A stretch of 64,000 nucleotides of DNA, taken from positions 48,680-112,679 of the forward strand of contig MCFE01000256.1 of assembly GCA_002104905.1 (NCBI GenBank), in the 5' to 3' direction. The notes below the pieces were generated by a model. It ran no database searches and was not told the origin of the DNA. It saw only the letters and a program-made list of their open reading frames with translations. Shown in pieces: positions 39,695 to 50,430 of this stretch; the stretch's first letter is position 1; the number at the start of each line of letters is the position of its first letter. The position numbers and the translations under genes are program-made. This stretch comes from Basidiobolus meristosporus CBS 931.73 (taxonomy: Eukaryota > Fungi > Basidiobolomycota).

Positions 39695-39769
39695 ACATAA
39701 TAATAAACATATTAGACTTTTCGATAGAGTTTCTGGCTTTCACAAGTACCTACACCATAGTTTACTTTC

Positions 39770-40018
39770 AAGCTGTATTGTTAAGTCTTACTATCTTACG
39801 TCATAATGTCCTAACCCTATCCCTAACGCATACTCTACCCCCTGTCACGTTACACACCATTACCACCTTTATCTTCTCCGGTTCCATCAGTCTTAACATC
39901 CTAAACACATTTTTCTTCGGCAACACTTCCAATTTTGACTCTTTTAACGTCTTTAACACTCTCCCCAGTATATCTCTGTTCTTCTCCAAAAAGTCTTCCC
40001 CCCCCCTTTTATCATCAT
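39770..40018 (-). pseudogene. Uracil-DNA glycosylase-like remnant (family-1 N-terminal segment), catalytic motif absent
   Basis: LPKKNVFRMLRLMEPEKIKVVMV (39855-39923) matches by eye the family-1 UDG pattern [24 protein letters not shown], but GQDPY is replaced by CNVTG. Linking it to the nearby ATG and a downstream GIGL segment needs frameshifts at G homopolymers. Confidence 0.45.
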
Positions 40019-40352
40019 GGATCCTCCACCTACCGAATCTTCTATCCTTGAAGACGCATATACCCAACTTTACATCCAAACTCTTATCGATGATGATAAT
40101 ACCTCCGTTCTTGTTAAACATAATATCATTTCTGCCGACGAACAAAATCAAGACCTTCCTTATTTACTAAATTCCGTCAAAAAATACCTTTCCGCCAAAG
40201 TACCCAAATCTACATCCACTAACAGCAACACCCTCTGCAAATACTGCGGCGCCAACAACGTCCTTGTCCTTGAATCTCAACTCCGCTCTGCCGATGAAGG
40301 TAGCAACTTGGTCCACGAATGTCCCGATTGCCACAAAAGTTGGACCATATAA
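40017..40352 (+). CDS. TFIIS/RPA12-type C-terminal zinc-ribbon protein (111 aa), intronless, no N-terminal ribbon
   Basis: CKYC...QLRSADEG...CPDC is the RNA-cleavage-stimulating ribbon with its acidic DE hairpin. The first ~73 aa contain no Cys. Confidence 0.85.
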   Translation: MDPPPTESSILEDAYTQLYIQTLIDDDNTSVLVKHNIISADEQNQDLPYLLNSVKKYLSAKVPKSTSTNSNTLCKYCGANNVLVLESQLRSADEGSNLVHECPDCHKSWTI

Positions 40353-40625
40353 ATTATCAAATCTTTTTCTCCTTTTTTTGAAAATCCTTTCCTATTACCT
40401 TATCTTTTACCCCAACCCCCGTCCATTCTGGCTTTGTCGCTGAAAGTTCCGTCTCTCACGACCTCTACAGTATCCGGATGGAAAAGGTCGAACTCCTTTC
40501 CCAAGTTTATCATGATGCCGTCTCTGACATCGCGGTCCACTCCTCCCTAACGTGAAACAATAAATATAGCCAGAAGCAGTATATTGGACCATGTAGGCAC
40601 TATTCCAAGGCAAAATATGGAGCCT

Positions 40626-40875
40626 ACCCTAAGAAAAAAATCGAGAAAAGGCCAGCAGAATACTGCCATAATATCAGCTTAATTCCAAGTTTCTCAAAAC
40701 TTGCCACTCTCAATATATCAGGTTCTAGCTATTGGGCAGACGAGCGGACATATTTTCCAGGAGGGGACTAGGTCAACTGGCATTCATACCAAACTTGGTA
40801 ATCAGCTGCTCACTACTTCCCTCAAAAATTGCAACTGGTAATTTGAAGGAAAAACACCAGCTGAATTCCAGCTAA
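40626..40875 (+). repeat. ~270-bp dispersed repeat, copy 3
   Basis: Shares CCCTAAG..AAAAGGCCAGCAGAATAC..ATATCAGCT.AATTCCAA and CATACCAAACTTGGTAATCAGC with the other copies. Confidence 0.8.
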
Positions 40876-41013
40876 ATACCACCGACCCTAAACAGCGCGA
40901 CGCAACACAGCCCAACGTAGCGGGAATGGTAGCAGCTCTGCGTCTAGGAAGCAGACCTTTTGCACCGGACGGGGGCCAAACTACAGACAGCGCAGCAAAA
41001 AGCACCCGACACG

Positions 41014-41237
41014 ACACACCAAATATGTTTAAGAAGGTCGCAAAAAGATGTGTGCAAAGTTTGGGGCTGTTTGAACAACTATGAAATATTTCATGTTCTG
41101 GGTACCTGATGTTTTGTTGAAAATATTCGCAGTAAATCCCAACAAGGGATTTGGGCAGAATTCTCTAAGATTTGTAGACTGTGATATAAGTGACTACATT
41201 AGGTGAATATATAGGTGTAAATACGAAATATACAACA
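41014..41237 (-). mobile_element. Truncated LTR of the copia family
   Basis: ATGTGTGCAAAGTTTGGGGCTGTTTG..CATGTTCTGGGTACCTG..AAATCCCAACAAGG..TACAACA match part of the LTR. Confidence 0.85.
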
Positions 41238-41363
41238 GATCCTGACTTTACTACCAAGGGATGATATTAAAATATTTATACTAGTCATTCTATAGCAAGA
41301 ATAATAAAAAGGGAAAGAAACAAAAATAACACTACCCATAATATTACTCAGTATGGTTTCAAT

Positions 41364-41634
41364 TGTTGCTAGACTTATGGAGAAGCTGGAAATGGTTGGG
41401 AGAACTAGTATATTATATGGTTATTACTTACTAATTTATTGAATGTAAAAGTGGTATCAACACTTTTACAAGGATATGGCAGAACATATATGCAGGGTAT
41501 ACTAAAAAATGCCCTTGGTGCATTTGTGCACAATGTTCTTGGTAACTGTGGCAGGAAACAATAGAGTTCTTTAATCAGGATCAAAGTGACCAATTCAGTG
41601 TAAATGTTTAAGCGGAAGTACAAAACTCACAATA
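41364..41634 (-). mobile_element. Degraded, internally deleted solo LTR
   Basis: TGTTG start, TTTATTGAATGTAAAAGT block and terminal CACAATA resembling the LTR end. Confidence 0.6.
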
Positions 41635-42809
41635 CCAGTAACTATATACACAAGCCAAACTATGGTCACTCAAAACTTCATAATCTATATAAAACAGGGG
41701 TTGGTTCATTATATGGCTGTGGAATCCGATATCAGTAGAAGTGAACATGGAAACGGAGTATTATCAAGTCATAAGTCATTATGCTCTATTTTTTTCGGCA
41801 TTAAATATTGGATTGAACTGTACAGGATCATTGAAAGGAATCTGTGAATACTTTGGTAACTTTCAAATTCAAGATTTACTTTTTATTAATCTTGTTTCTC
41901 AGAAATGTAAAATTTTCGGCTTAGTACAGTTGATCATGAATAAAGCATAGTGTAAAATCACAAGGTTATGGAACCAATGTAAAAGGAACACCCGAGTTAT
42001 ATCACATCAACAACTTTGGAAGTAGCTCTTATCTACAATGGGCGTTAAGTCGATACAATAATGTAGTGAATCATTCAATATCAGGGATTGCGCACTAGGA
42101 TTATAATATAACTCATTATCATGGGGAAGCGTGCAACTTCATCGCATTCGAATGATCAACCTCAAGTATTTGATGAACAAATACCCAAACTGATACCCAG
42201 TTATTCCGAGCATGCAGATGCGGTACCTCACGAAGTTTGAACGATTACACAGCCCTTTAGCCGATAATGCCCTTGACCCCATGATATGGCGGGGGGATTT
42301 GATACAATGGAACACCCTTGAAAGTATCAGCACGTCACATGGCCATCTACCACTTGTGAATTTAGTTCTATCCCATTTGCGGATATGGATTTCATGGTTG
42401 TTTTGGAAATGCCTTTAGACGCGGAAAATAAACCCACTTTAATCCTTCAAAATATATAAGTTATATGACCCCTACTATAGTTCCTAATCAAGGAGGGTTT
42501 TCTAGGCATCTCCAGCTGATCTATTTATAGTCCGAGAACCATGAGGAACTGTGATAAGACCTGGCGAATGATATCCCATCATTACGTAGCATGGCCGTTC
42601 CAAAACAATTGTAGGAATCATGCTATTAACCCATGAGGCTTAAACCACGCAATCAATCATTCAGCGTATTGATGAATAATAGTGGTGAATCTAACACTTG
42701 GAAGATCACCCGAACTATCAACAAACAATGAAAGAAAAACAATGTCAAGACTAACCAATATTAATTCTCTATCTTCATTGTTCAGTCCTCATCAGCTATA
42801 TCTATTTAC

Positions 42810-43052
42810 ATGTGCGACTCGGCGGGCAATCAAGCCCTTCTCGACCTAGAGGAGGCTAACGTTAAGGAAATGAAATGCTCAGAATTGCGTAGGATTCTGA
42901 TCGAACATGGTGTAGAATTCAACTTGACTCTCAAAAAACCCGAACTGGTGAGCCTTGTTAGAGAAAAAGTGATACCCCAGTTGGTCAAATGCCGTGCCAA
43001 CATCTCGGAAGTTCAACCCAGTAGTGAGGGAATCATTTTTGTTGGCTTCTAA
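42810..43052 (+). CDS. HeH/LEM/SAP-like helix-extension-helix domain ORF (exon or gene fragment)
   Basis: KEMKCSELRRILIEHGVEFNLTLKKPELVSLVREKV fits the HeH/Ish1-type pattern L..L..HGV.....KK.EL..L. A CTAAC..TTCAG acceptor at ~42787 suggests an unresolved upstream exon. Confidence 0.5.
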   Translation: MCDSAGNQALLDLEEANVKEMKCSELRRILIEHGVEFNLTLKKPELVSLVREKVIPQLVKCRANISEVQPSSEGIIFVGF

Positions 43053-43772
43053 GCATTAGTGTGCTAGGTTAGACAAGGCTACAACATCGCGTTTAGCTCA
43101 TTGCCAGCTTATTCATCTTCGTACGTAGCAATTGAGCGTCTACAACTTCGTTACCAGTACGAGTTTCAAAGAGGTCAAATACCAACTCCCCTCGGACACT
43201 TTCATTTGCGTATAATGGCAGGCACAATACGGTTAAATAAAATAAGAAAGTAACCAAGATACAGCATACACTCCATAACTGATGCTTGACCAAGAAAACT
43301 GAATCAGCCAGTACCCATTGATTGTTAAGACGAAAATAAGTGCTCATGATTGGGTAGCATGGCGCTAGTAGCAACACCAGGTGATGCTCCGCTTTTGAAT
43401 TGAAGGAAATCTCTCACTTGCAGACCAAATAGCATGGTAAACCCTAATATACCACACTATATGATCCAATTCTCAAAATGGTCGAAAATGTATCCGTTTA
43501 AATAACCACCCAAATTCAGTGAATATATATCAGTGCAGTCGTGACTGCCTAGCAAGCCCTACCTACCATCCAACAAAGCAAATTTAGTCAGGGTGCTCTT
43601 CCTTCAGTTGGTAAGTGTATACTTGACCTCCTGCTTTAAAAGTCTACCTTCGCAATTAAGCCATACAGTAATAACCAAAATAACCTACGAGAAGAAAATT
43701 TAGGTTCCTTCAACCATCCACTAACGAAATTCAGCCCGATTCACAGAGCGGACGTTCTAATCGTAACACACC

Positions 43773-44276
43773 ATGTCATCTCTAGACAAACTCAAAAATC
43801 ACGAGATTGTCAGCATATCTCGAAAAAATACCTTTCTGTCTTACTGATACTTATCAATAAGGGCTTCTAGTGAGCAGAGGCATCTTTCTGATAAAGGCCG
43901 TTTCCTCTTTAGATACATATACATGCTTATATATATCATAGATTTGAAATGACCTATTTCTTTTTTTACTGTTTTATGGAGGTTTTGCATTTCTACCTTG
44001 GCTATGGCTGGTGAACTTCATCTACTTTCGTCCGGCAATCAACCGAGCCGATATGAACCCAGTCTTGCGGAAGTGTATGTATGCCGTAAACCCATTTGGT
44101 AGATAAGGAATTCCCTATGCATACATACTAACAGCTTTTTAGATGTTTACGGATCATTGGTGGGGGCTTCAGTCTGGCTAGCCATTTTGGTTGCCTGGTT
44201 GAGCGTCTTTTTGATACACAGAGACTCATGGAACCAGCTTGGTGAAAAGTTAACCGTAGTGATACCCAAAGGCTAA
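43773..44276 (+). CDS. PSENEN: Gamma-secretase subunit PEN-2 (presenilin enhancer 2), 3 exons; absent from the ORF track
   Basis: Exon 1 MSSLDKLKNHEIVSISRK; exon 2 FYGGFAFLPWLWLVNFIYFRPAINRADMNPVLRK; GT-AG intron 44075-44142; exon 3 YVYGSLVGASVWLAILVAWLSVFLIHRDSWNQLGEKLTVVIPKG*. Compare human PEN-2 YLGGFAFLPFLWLVNIFWF and RPRWGALGDYLSFTIPLG. Confidence 0.92.
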
Positions 44277-44714
44277 CGAGTAGCTGACATCGAAATATTC
44301 TTGCAGTAGTATTGCCAATTCTTATGTTGCTTTAAAACCCCCTTTCTATTTCTCTTACTGATAGTAAATGTAAAATTCCTCGTCATGAGATTAAATTGCA
44401 GGATTAGTTGCCCAATCAAGATACATTGGAAACTGTATTTGTCGTATTTTCACAGTTTATTATGTGTGGTATGTACGTGGATACATGAAGGAATGAGTTA
44501 AGTAAAATTGTCTTCATGTGGCCGATCTTCTAATGGGACAGCATAGGAAAATCAATGTTCACATGAGCCATGGCAATGATAATGGATTGACATCGAAAAG
44601 GCAACGTATGTTGAATGACCGCGTAATAACAAGTTGAAAGTGAAGTTATAGGTTATAGAAGAACTGTACACAATTAATGAAATTGAACGCTCTGCAACTG
44701 GTCCCATAGTCGAT

Positions 44715-47183
44715 CTATCCAAATATAACACGGAGGACCAGGTAGCTCAGACACCCGATGAATTTGATACAAGAGAGGAATGCAACTGCCCAGAAGATGA
44801 ATGTCAAATAACCTTGACCATCCGTACTGCCTGAAGTGACACCGATCAACAAGATCGCATTGGTAATGATCCAGAGCAAGACCACCCGAGTACGGAACAG
44901 CTTGTAATAATCCTCCTTCTGGGTGGAGGCATCCTCCTCGTGCTTCTTGGGTTCCGGGCGAATTCTTAGTTCACTCTCCAGTCGGTCATAGATAGCATTG
45001 ATGTCCGTTTTCTCAGTGGGAACTTCGACCTCGGCGACTTCAACACCTTGGTTATTGGTGGTTGACGTGACGTTGCCCTGGGCTGGCTGGATTTCTATCT
45101 TGTTATCGCCCTTGGTGCCCCAGGAAACATCGTGGGTGTTGCAGAATGCATACACCATCAAGATATTGACAAAGGAAGGGAAGATGAAAATATACTGGAT
45201 AAAGCTAGTAAACATGTGCCATGGCTCGAAGTACAAGAAGGAGGAGGCAAAGTACAGTCCATACGTGGAGGCAAGCGCAATGAAAATATTCATACTATTC
45301 GAGGTAAATGGATGGGCCTTGAGAGCTTCGATTGTGGCTGCGTCGGTGAAGTAGATAACAAGGTTGAAGATGATCGTATATGTCATGACGAGCATCACGA
45401 AGGCGAAGAGGTAGACGCAAATGAGATAGATGGATCGAGAGCCTTGAGGACGGTTACCAAGAGCAAGAATAAACTGTACAATTAATCCAATGCAGAAAAG
45501 ATCGCGAACAGCTGGGTAGATAAACCATGAGGCACCAAAAAACGGGTCCGGTTTGGAGGGATCACGGCCTTTGATGATATTACCAGCCGTGTCTCTGGGA
45601 ATTGAGTTGTAGCACAGGAAGTAGAAGGTGAGGAAGAAGTTGCCAATCGAGAACCAACTGAATAGAAGCGATATCGAGTTGTAGATAAATTCGATCAAGA
45701 AGAGGAATTTTCGGCCACTTCCGTGGTTCGTTTTGAAGATTTGGAACCAGTGAACCATGGCGAAGAACGCGGCGAACAGGGATCCGTTCAACCAACGACG
45801 TCTCTGTGAAATGAACTCCGCCCAGGAATCGGGAGCATCAGTCTCGGCCTTCGCGGATTTAACATACTTGAGCACCCATTTACAGTTCTTCTTTGCGACT
45901 AGCTCGAAACAGAGGATACGATCTTCAGCAAGGTACATATTTGCTTCGAAAATACCGCCAGTGGCATTCGCACCATGCATTGTTTCACCCTTGAAATAGG
46001 AAGCAAGTGGTCCCACACCAGGAGCAGTATTTTTCAGAGCCGCGTATCTGTATGCGGAGAAGGCACCAGGGAGCACACTGATATATCCAAATACACTCTC
46101 CAGTGGTTTATCGAGGATGTTACTCATTTTGTACTCGAAGTTCTGGGCGGCAATCAATGGATTTAACAGGTTTTTCCAACCACGGCCAAGTTCAACACAA
46201 ATTTCTCCACATGCACCTCCCAAGTTGGGGTCACGGTCGAAGGCCTTCCAAAGATGGTAGATTGAAGTGCCACTGGGTTTGGTTCCAACATCGAGAAGGA
46301 CGCACACGTTGGGATTAAGGAGTGGAGCAAAGGCATTGAAAAACCAACGATGCGAGTTCAATTTCTTGGCGTTCTTCTCCTTCAAACAGAATAGAATCTG
46401 AATGGGATCCATGTTCTTCTCCTTGATACTATGAACTTTGAAGTCGCTGTCAACATACTTTTGAGTAGAGAATTCATAAATATGTGCAGTGACGGGCTTT
46501 CCATTTACAGATCCTTGGTTGATGCCGTCCTGGTAAACACCCATCAAACCAAGAACTTGAAGGACACGGGGATGGATCTTGGTACGACCATCCGACACAA
46601 TGCACACCACTGCTTTTTGCCAACCATTGTTTCCCCAAACACGAGATTTGGAACGGTTACAGAGGTGGTGAATATTCTTCAGAACTCCGGAAAACGTTTT
46701 AATGAAGAGCTCCTCATCTTCGTTGTACATGGTCATGACAATGAAGAGTTCGGTAGACCTTCCATAGAGTGCTGGTCTCAATGTATAACGCTCTTTCAAG
46801 AAATTGTTGGGGTCACAAGTAGCGGCAGTGTAGCGCATGTGAGTAAATTCTTCGTGGTCAGTGAATGGCACGTTTTGAAGGACTTTATCCGGAACAGGGC
46901 AGTCAAGGACCAAGTTACCCGAAATGAGCTCAACATAGCGCATATTTTGCTTTCTTTCCTCCATGAATTGCTGGTATCTTCTGGCATTAGGCGGGGGAGC
47001 AGTTCGGTTATCATAAAGATCTTCAATGGTGGAGGAGGCATGAGCTAATGGAGGAACTCCCCCCTCTGTGGACATGTGTCGAAGATTGATATCCTCTTCA
47101 TCATGAAAACTGTCGGTGGAAGGCATTGGAGAGCCGTATTGGCTTGGGACAGTGTAAGCCGGGTTATTGAAAGGGTCAGACAT
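44715..47183 (-). CDS. chs: Chitin synthase, division 1 (class I/II/III type), intronless, 822 aa
   Basis: Motifs [45 protein letters not shown] and QRRRW, followed by multiple TM segments. Confidence 0.97.
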   Translation of the reverse strand: MSDPFNNPAYTVPSQYGSPMPSTDSFHDEEDINLRHMSTEGGVPPLAHASSTIEDLYDNRTAPPPNARRYQQFMEERKQNMRYVELISGNLVLDCPVPDKVLQNVPFTDHEEFTHMRYTAATCDPNNFLKERYTLRPALYGRSTELFIVMTMYNEDEELFIKTFSGVLKNIHHLCNRSKSRVWGNNGWQKAVVCIVSDGRTKIHPRVLQVLGLMGVYQDGINQGSVNGKPVTAHIYEFSTQKYVDSDFKVHSIKEKNMDPIQILFCLKEKNAKKLNSHRWFFNAFAPLLNPNVCVLLDVGTKPSGTSIYHLWKAFDRDPNLGGACGEICVELGRGWKNLLNPLIAAQNFEYKMSNILDKPLESVFGYISVLPGAFSAYRYAALKNTAPGVGPLASYFKGETMHGANATGGIFEANMYLAEDRILCFELVAKKNCKWVLKYVKSAKAETDAPDSWAEFISQRRRWLNGSLFAAFFAMVHWFQIFKTNHGSGRKFLFLIEFIYNSISLLFSWFSIGNFFLTFYFLCYNSIPRDTAGNIIKGRDPSKPDPFFGASWFIYPAVRDLFCIGLIVQFILALGNRPQGSRSIYLICVYLFAFVMLVMTYTIIFNLVIYFTDAATIEALKAHPFTSNSMNIFIALASTYGLYFASSFLYFEPWHMFTSFIQYIFIFPSFVNILMVYAFCNTHDVSWGTKGDNKIEIQPAQGNVTSTTNNQGVEVAEVEVPTEKTDINAIYDRLESELRIRPEPKKHEEDASTQKEDYYKLFRTRVVLLWIITNAILLIGVTSGSTDGQGYLTFIFWAVAFLSCIKFIGCLSYLVLRVIFG

Positions 47184-49689
47184 CAAGAGGGTTATTTAAG
47201 AATGATGCAACAGAAAACTTTATACGAGGAAGGGGTGAAAGTCGGATGTGTTCAATATTTAGTAAGTGCGCTTCTAAAGAAAATAATAAGATAGACAAAG
47301 GGATTAAGAAGTGAAGGGTAAACATACAAGGCACACTTTCGAAGCAATAAATAACTCCCACCAACGAGAAAGGCCGCAGTAGATTGGGAGGATAAGATCA
47401 GAGGAATCAAGGATCCGAAGCCAAATATATCCTGAAACAGATGAGATTGAATCTCATTGGCACCTTCAGCCATAGCTCATCAAGGACCCAGTTTCTAACG
47501 AGACCAAGTGTAAATTTAGCCCAACCCCACCAACAATCCCAGCCTTTTCCTAACTGTGTAGATAATAATATCATTAATTATACTTTTGGAGTACAAAACA
47601 TCATCCGATGATCATTGAGTAGACTAATTTGGGTATTCAATGAATGTAAATGTAGTAAATACCGGCTCATATCTCGATATTGATTTAAGACCAGACACGG
47701 AGTTTAAAGCTCATCTATGTGGGCTTCGCCATCATTAATATGCACCATTACCAAGCCAAGGAAACTGTATCCAGTTGACATAGAACATCCTCTGCTGAGA
47801 TACCGCCAATCTTTACCCCTGTGACCGCCGACAAAGCCCATTCCCACTTGAGCCAATCTTTTCGATTGATTTATTTAACTATATTTAGCGGATTCAAAGC
47901 CTAATAGGTTTTGGCGTTTCCAAATGCCAAGAATGTTGAGTTTTAGGCTTTTCATCAAAGATAGCAAAATCGGAAATTGTGAGCAGTGCCAAGCCTATCG
48001 TAACCAGATGGTTGGAACATTCTATTCCAGAATATACGCTACTTTGATTTACCGTGTTGCTTGGCTTGCTGGTGACATACCATTGGAGGCAACAAATAGG
48101 AAGTATCTAGTCTCAGTGATTTCGGCCAAATAAATATATATGAAGGGTGGCTACTTTAACGGCTCATTCCCAGAACATTCAATATACTGCTCTTGCTCAC
48201 CATAGACGCACGATGAGGCTCATCATTTCAGAAGGGTTCCAAAGCAGAGGCAATTAACGCTCAGTATAAGCAATTGGGCTTGTCGATCATGATTATCTTC
48301 AGCCCACAAGAAAAATATGGCCGGAAACGGGTTTGTTGCTAATAGGGATCCAGCACTGGGCTTATTCCGTCAGCTTTTCATGGAATCTTTGCTACATTCT
48401 CAGCTGAAATTGCTTGTGCTTATAAGAAGTTGGCTTGGTTATTTCCTAATCAATTCAAGACATGCATGTAGCGATCGCAATGTCGCACATACTACACGAG
48501 GTGTGATGAGTACCAGCTAATTGCATGCAGCTCTATCTTTGTTGGTCATGATTGTCATACATATTGCTTCTGACGGTGCTGATTGTTGAATTGAAGCTTA
48601 CCATTTGTTTTGATTTGGAATGTTTTCATTTAATGAGGGCTTACATGGCCATGGGGCCACAAATGGCTTCGATCCTAACAAAGCAATTGATTGCCTCGTA
48701 GTCATTGGTCTGCCTTCACAGCCCTGGATTTTGATGGTAAATGTTTGACGAAGTCATACTGAGCCGAAACTGGGTGTTCGAAGCTCCGCGTGTATCACTG
48801 TGGTCTGCTGTCTGATATTTTTATGTGCAGATAAGCTCCTTTCAAGTTGACTAACATGTGTATTTCTTATTGACAGACTTTGTATACTTCACCATCCTTA
48901 TATTTTTTTCGCTATTGCCTAATGCGTTGGGGTGGAGTTTATGGTTACTCCCATGTGATGTTACCTGGTCTATCAATTTCATAGCGTTGCACCAGATTCT
49001 GGGCAATATTAACATACTTAGTGAGGAGTGCTGTCGAGGTCAAATTGTTGCTGGGCTTCGAAATACACTTTCGTTACGTCAAAATCCAACTTATCTACTT
49101 TACCAGAAACAAGATTAGGGTGGCTATAGAGTGTAGTTAAACATGTTCCTATTGTTGCCTATTAACTTGAAATATAAGTAGGTATTATCAGTGTGTATGA
49201 CAAAAGCTGGCAAGGTGTGTTAGCTCTACTTAGGCCCATATTGTATCATAATGAAAGGAATATATACAAAACAATATGTGTTTGGTTTGTGTAGGCAAAA
49301 GGCAGATATCTTAGAGTATTTACAGATAGTTGGCATACTAACTGCAATTCAGCTTATGACTTTCACATCAATATGCTTAAAACTAAAAGATACTGATGTG
49401 CAATGTTTTGCAAGAAGATGTAAAATATTGCTGTTGATTTGGTAAACTACAAGGCTTGCATAATATTCTTAGGCTGATTTGGATGCAAATTTGATATTCA
49501 CATTAAAATATTTTATTCACTTAGTTACTGGGAGCATAGTTCATATGCTGTATTTGTTCACGAGATTGATTAAGAATATTTTTACTAATGCAAACAATAC
49601 ACTGAGCATAGATACCCTGGGAGTACACCAAAGGCCAAAAATCTGCACAATTGCATTTGAAATTCTCTTTAATATAGTGCTTATACTTA

Positions 49690-50038
49690 GTTTTGCTTTA
49701 ATTATTAAGCTGCCACCGAAATATTCATGCTAACTTAGCCACATAAATCTTATTCTGAGATTAGCATTCCGTCCTGACCAAATTTCTTGTTGGCACTTAG
49801 AGTATTCTCACCAAATTATCAGGTACCCAGATTGTGGCATTTCTGAAGGTTGTCTAAAAGGCCCTAAACTTTGCACACATACTCTTGGGACCTTCCTTAA
49901 CAAATTCTACATGTTTTATGCCCCTAATTTATTGAGGGTACAAATACCATACTTTTGATCAATAAATCTATAAGTAAATAACATGTGAATCCTCTAATTC
50001 TCCACACCACTTCCAATACCCGTCAGAATATTGCAACA
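49690..50038 (+). mobile_element. Old solo LTR of the copia family (start approximate)
   Basis: Collinear matches CTAACTTAG, CTGACCAAATT, AGGTACCCAG, CTTGGGACCTTCCTTAA and CACTTCCAATA; ends GCAACA. Confidence 0.8.
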
Positions 50039-50430
50039 ACTTTGAAAAGACTGGCTAAAGACTTTATAATGTTGTAAGAGTCTTGGAGATATTGGAAGTG
50101 ATTGGGAGGACAAGTAGATTATGTGGTTTTCACTTAATGATTTATTGAATGTAAAAGTAGTATTTATACTTTTACATGGTCTTGGCATTACAAACACGTA
50201 GAATAGGTTAAGGAAGGTCCCAAGAACATGTGTGCAAAGTTTGGGGCTGTTTGGACAACTTTGAGAATTTTCATGTTCTGGGTACCTGGTATTTTGGTGA
50301 AAATATTCTAAGTAAATCCCGACAAGGAATTTGGTCAGTATTCTCTAGGATTTGAAGATGATGATCTAAGTGACTAAGTTAGGTGAATATTTAGGTGGAA
50401 AATACGAATTTTTACAACACTCCCACTCAG

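Noticed and set aside
39810-39827. CCCTAA-like telomeric units (CTAACCCTATCCCTAAC)
   Set aside because: Only 2-3 imperfect units, explained by the G-rich codons of the - strand frame.
44998-47048. Several + strand ORFs up to 205 aa inside the chitin synthase
   Set aside because: Antisense shadow frames of a real CDS; the same applies to antisense ORFs in the other genes and retroelements.
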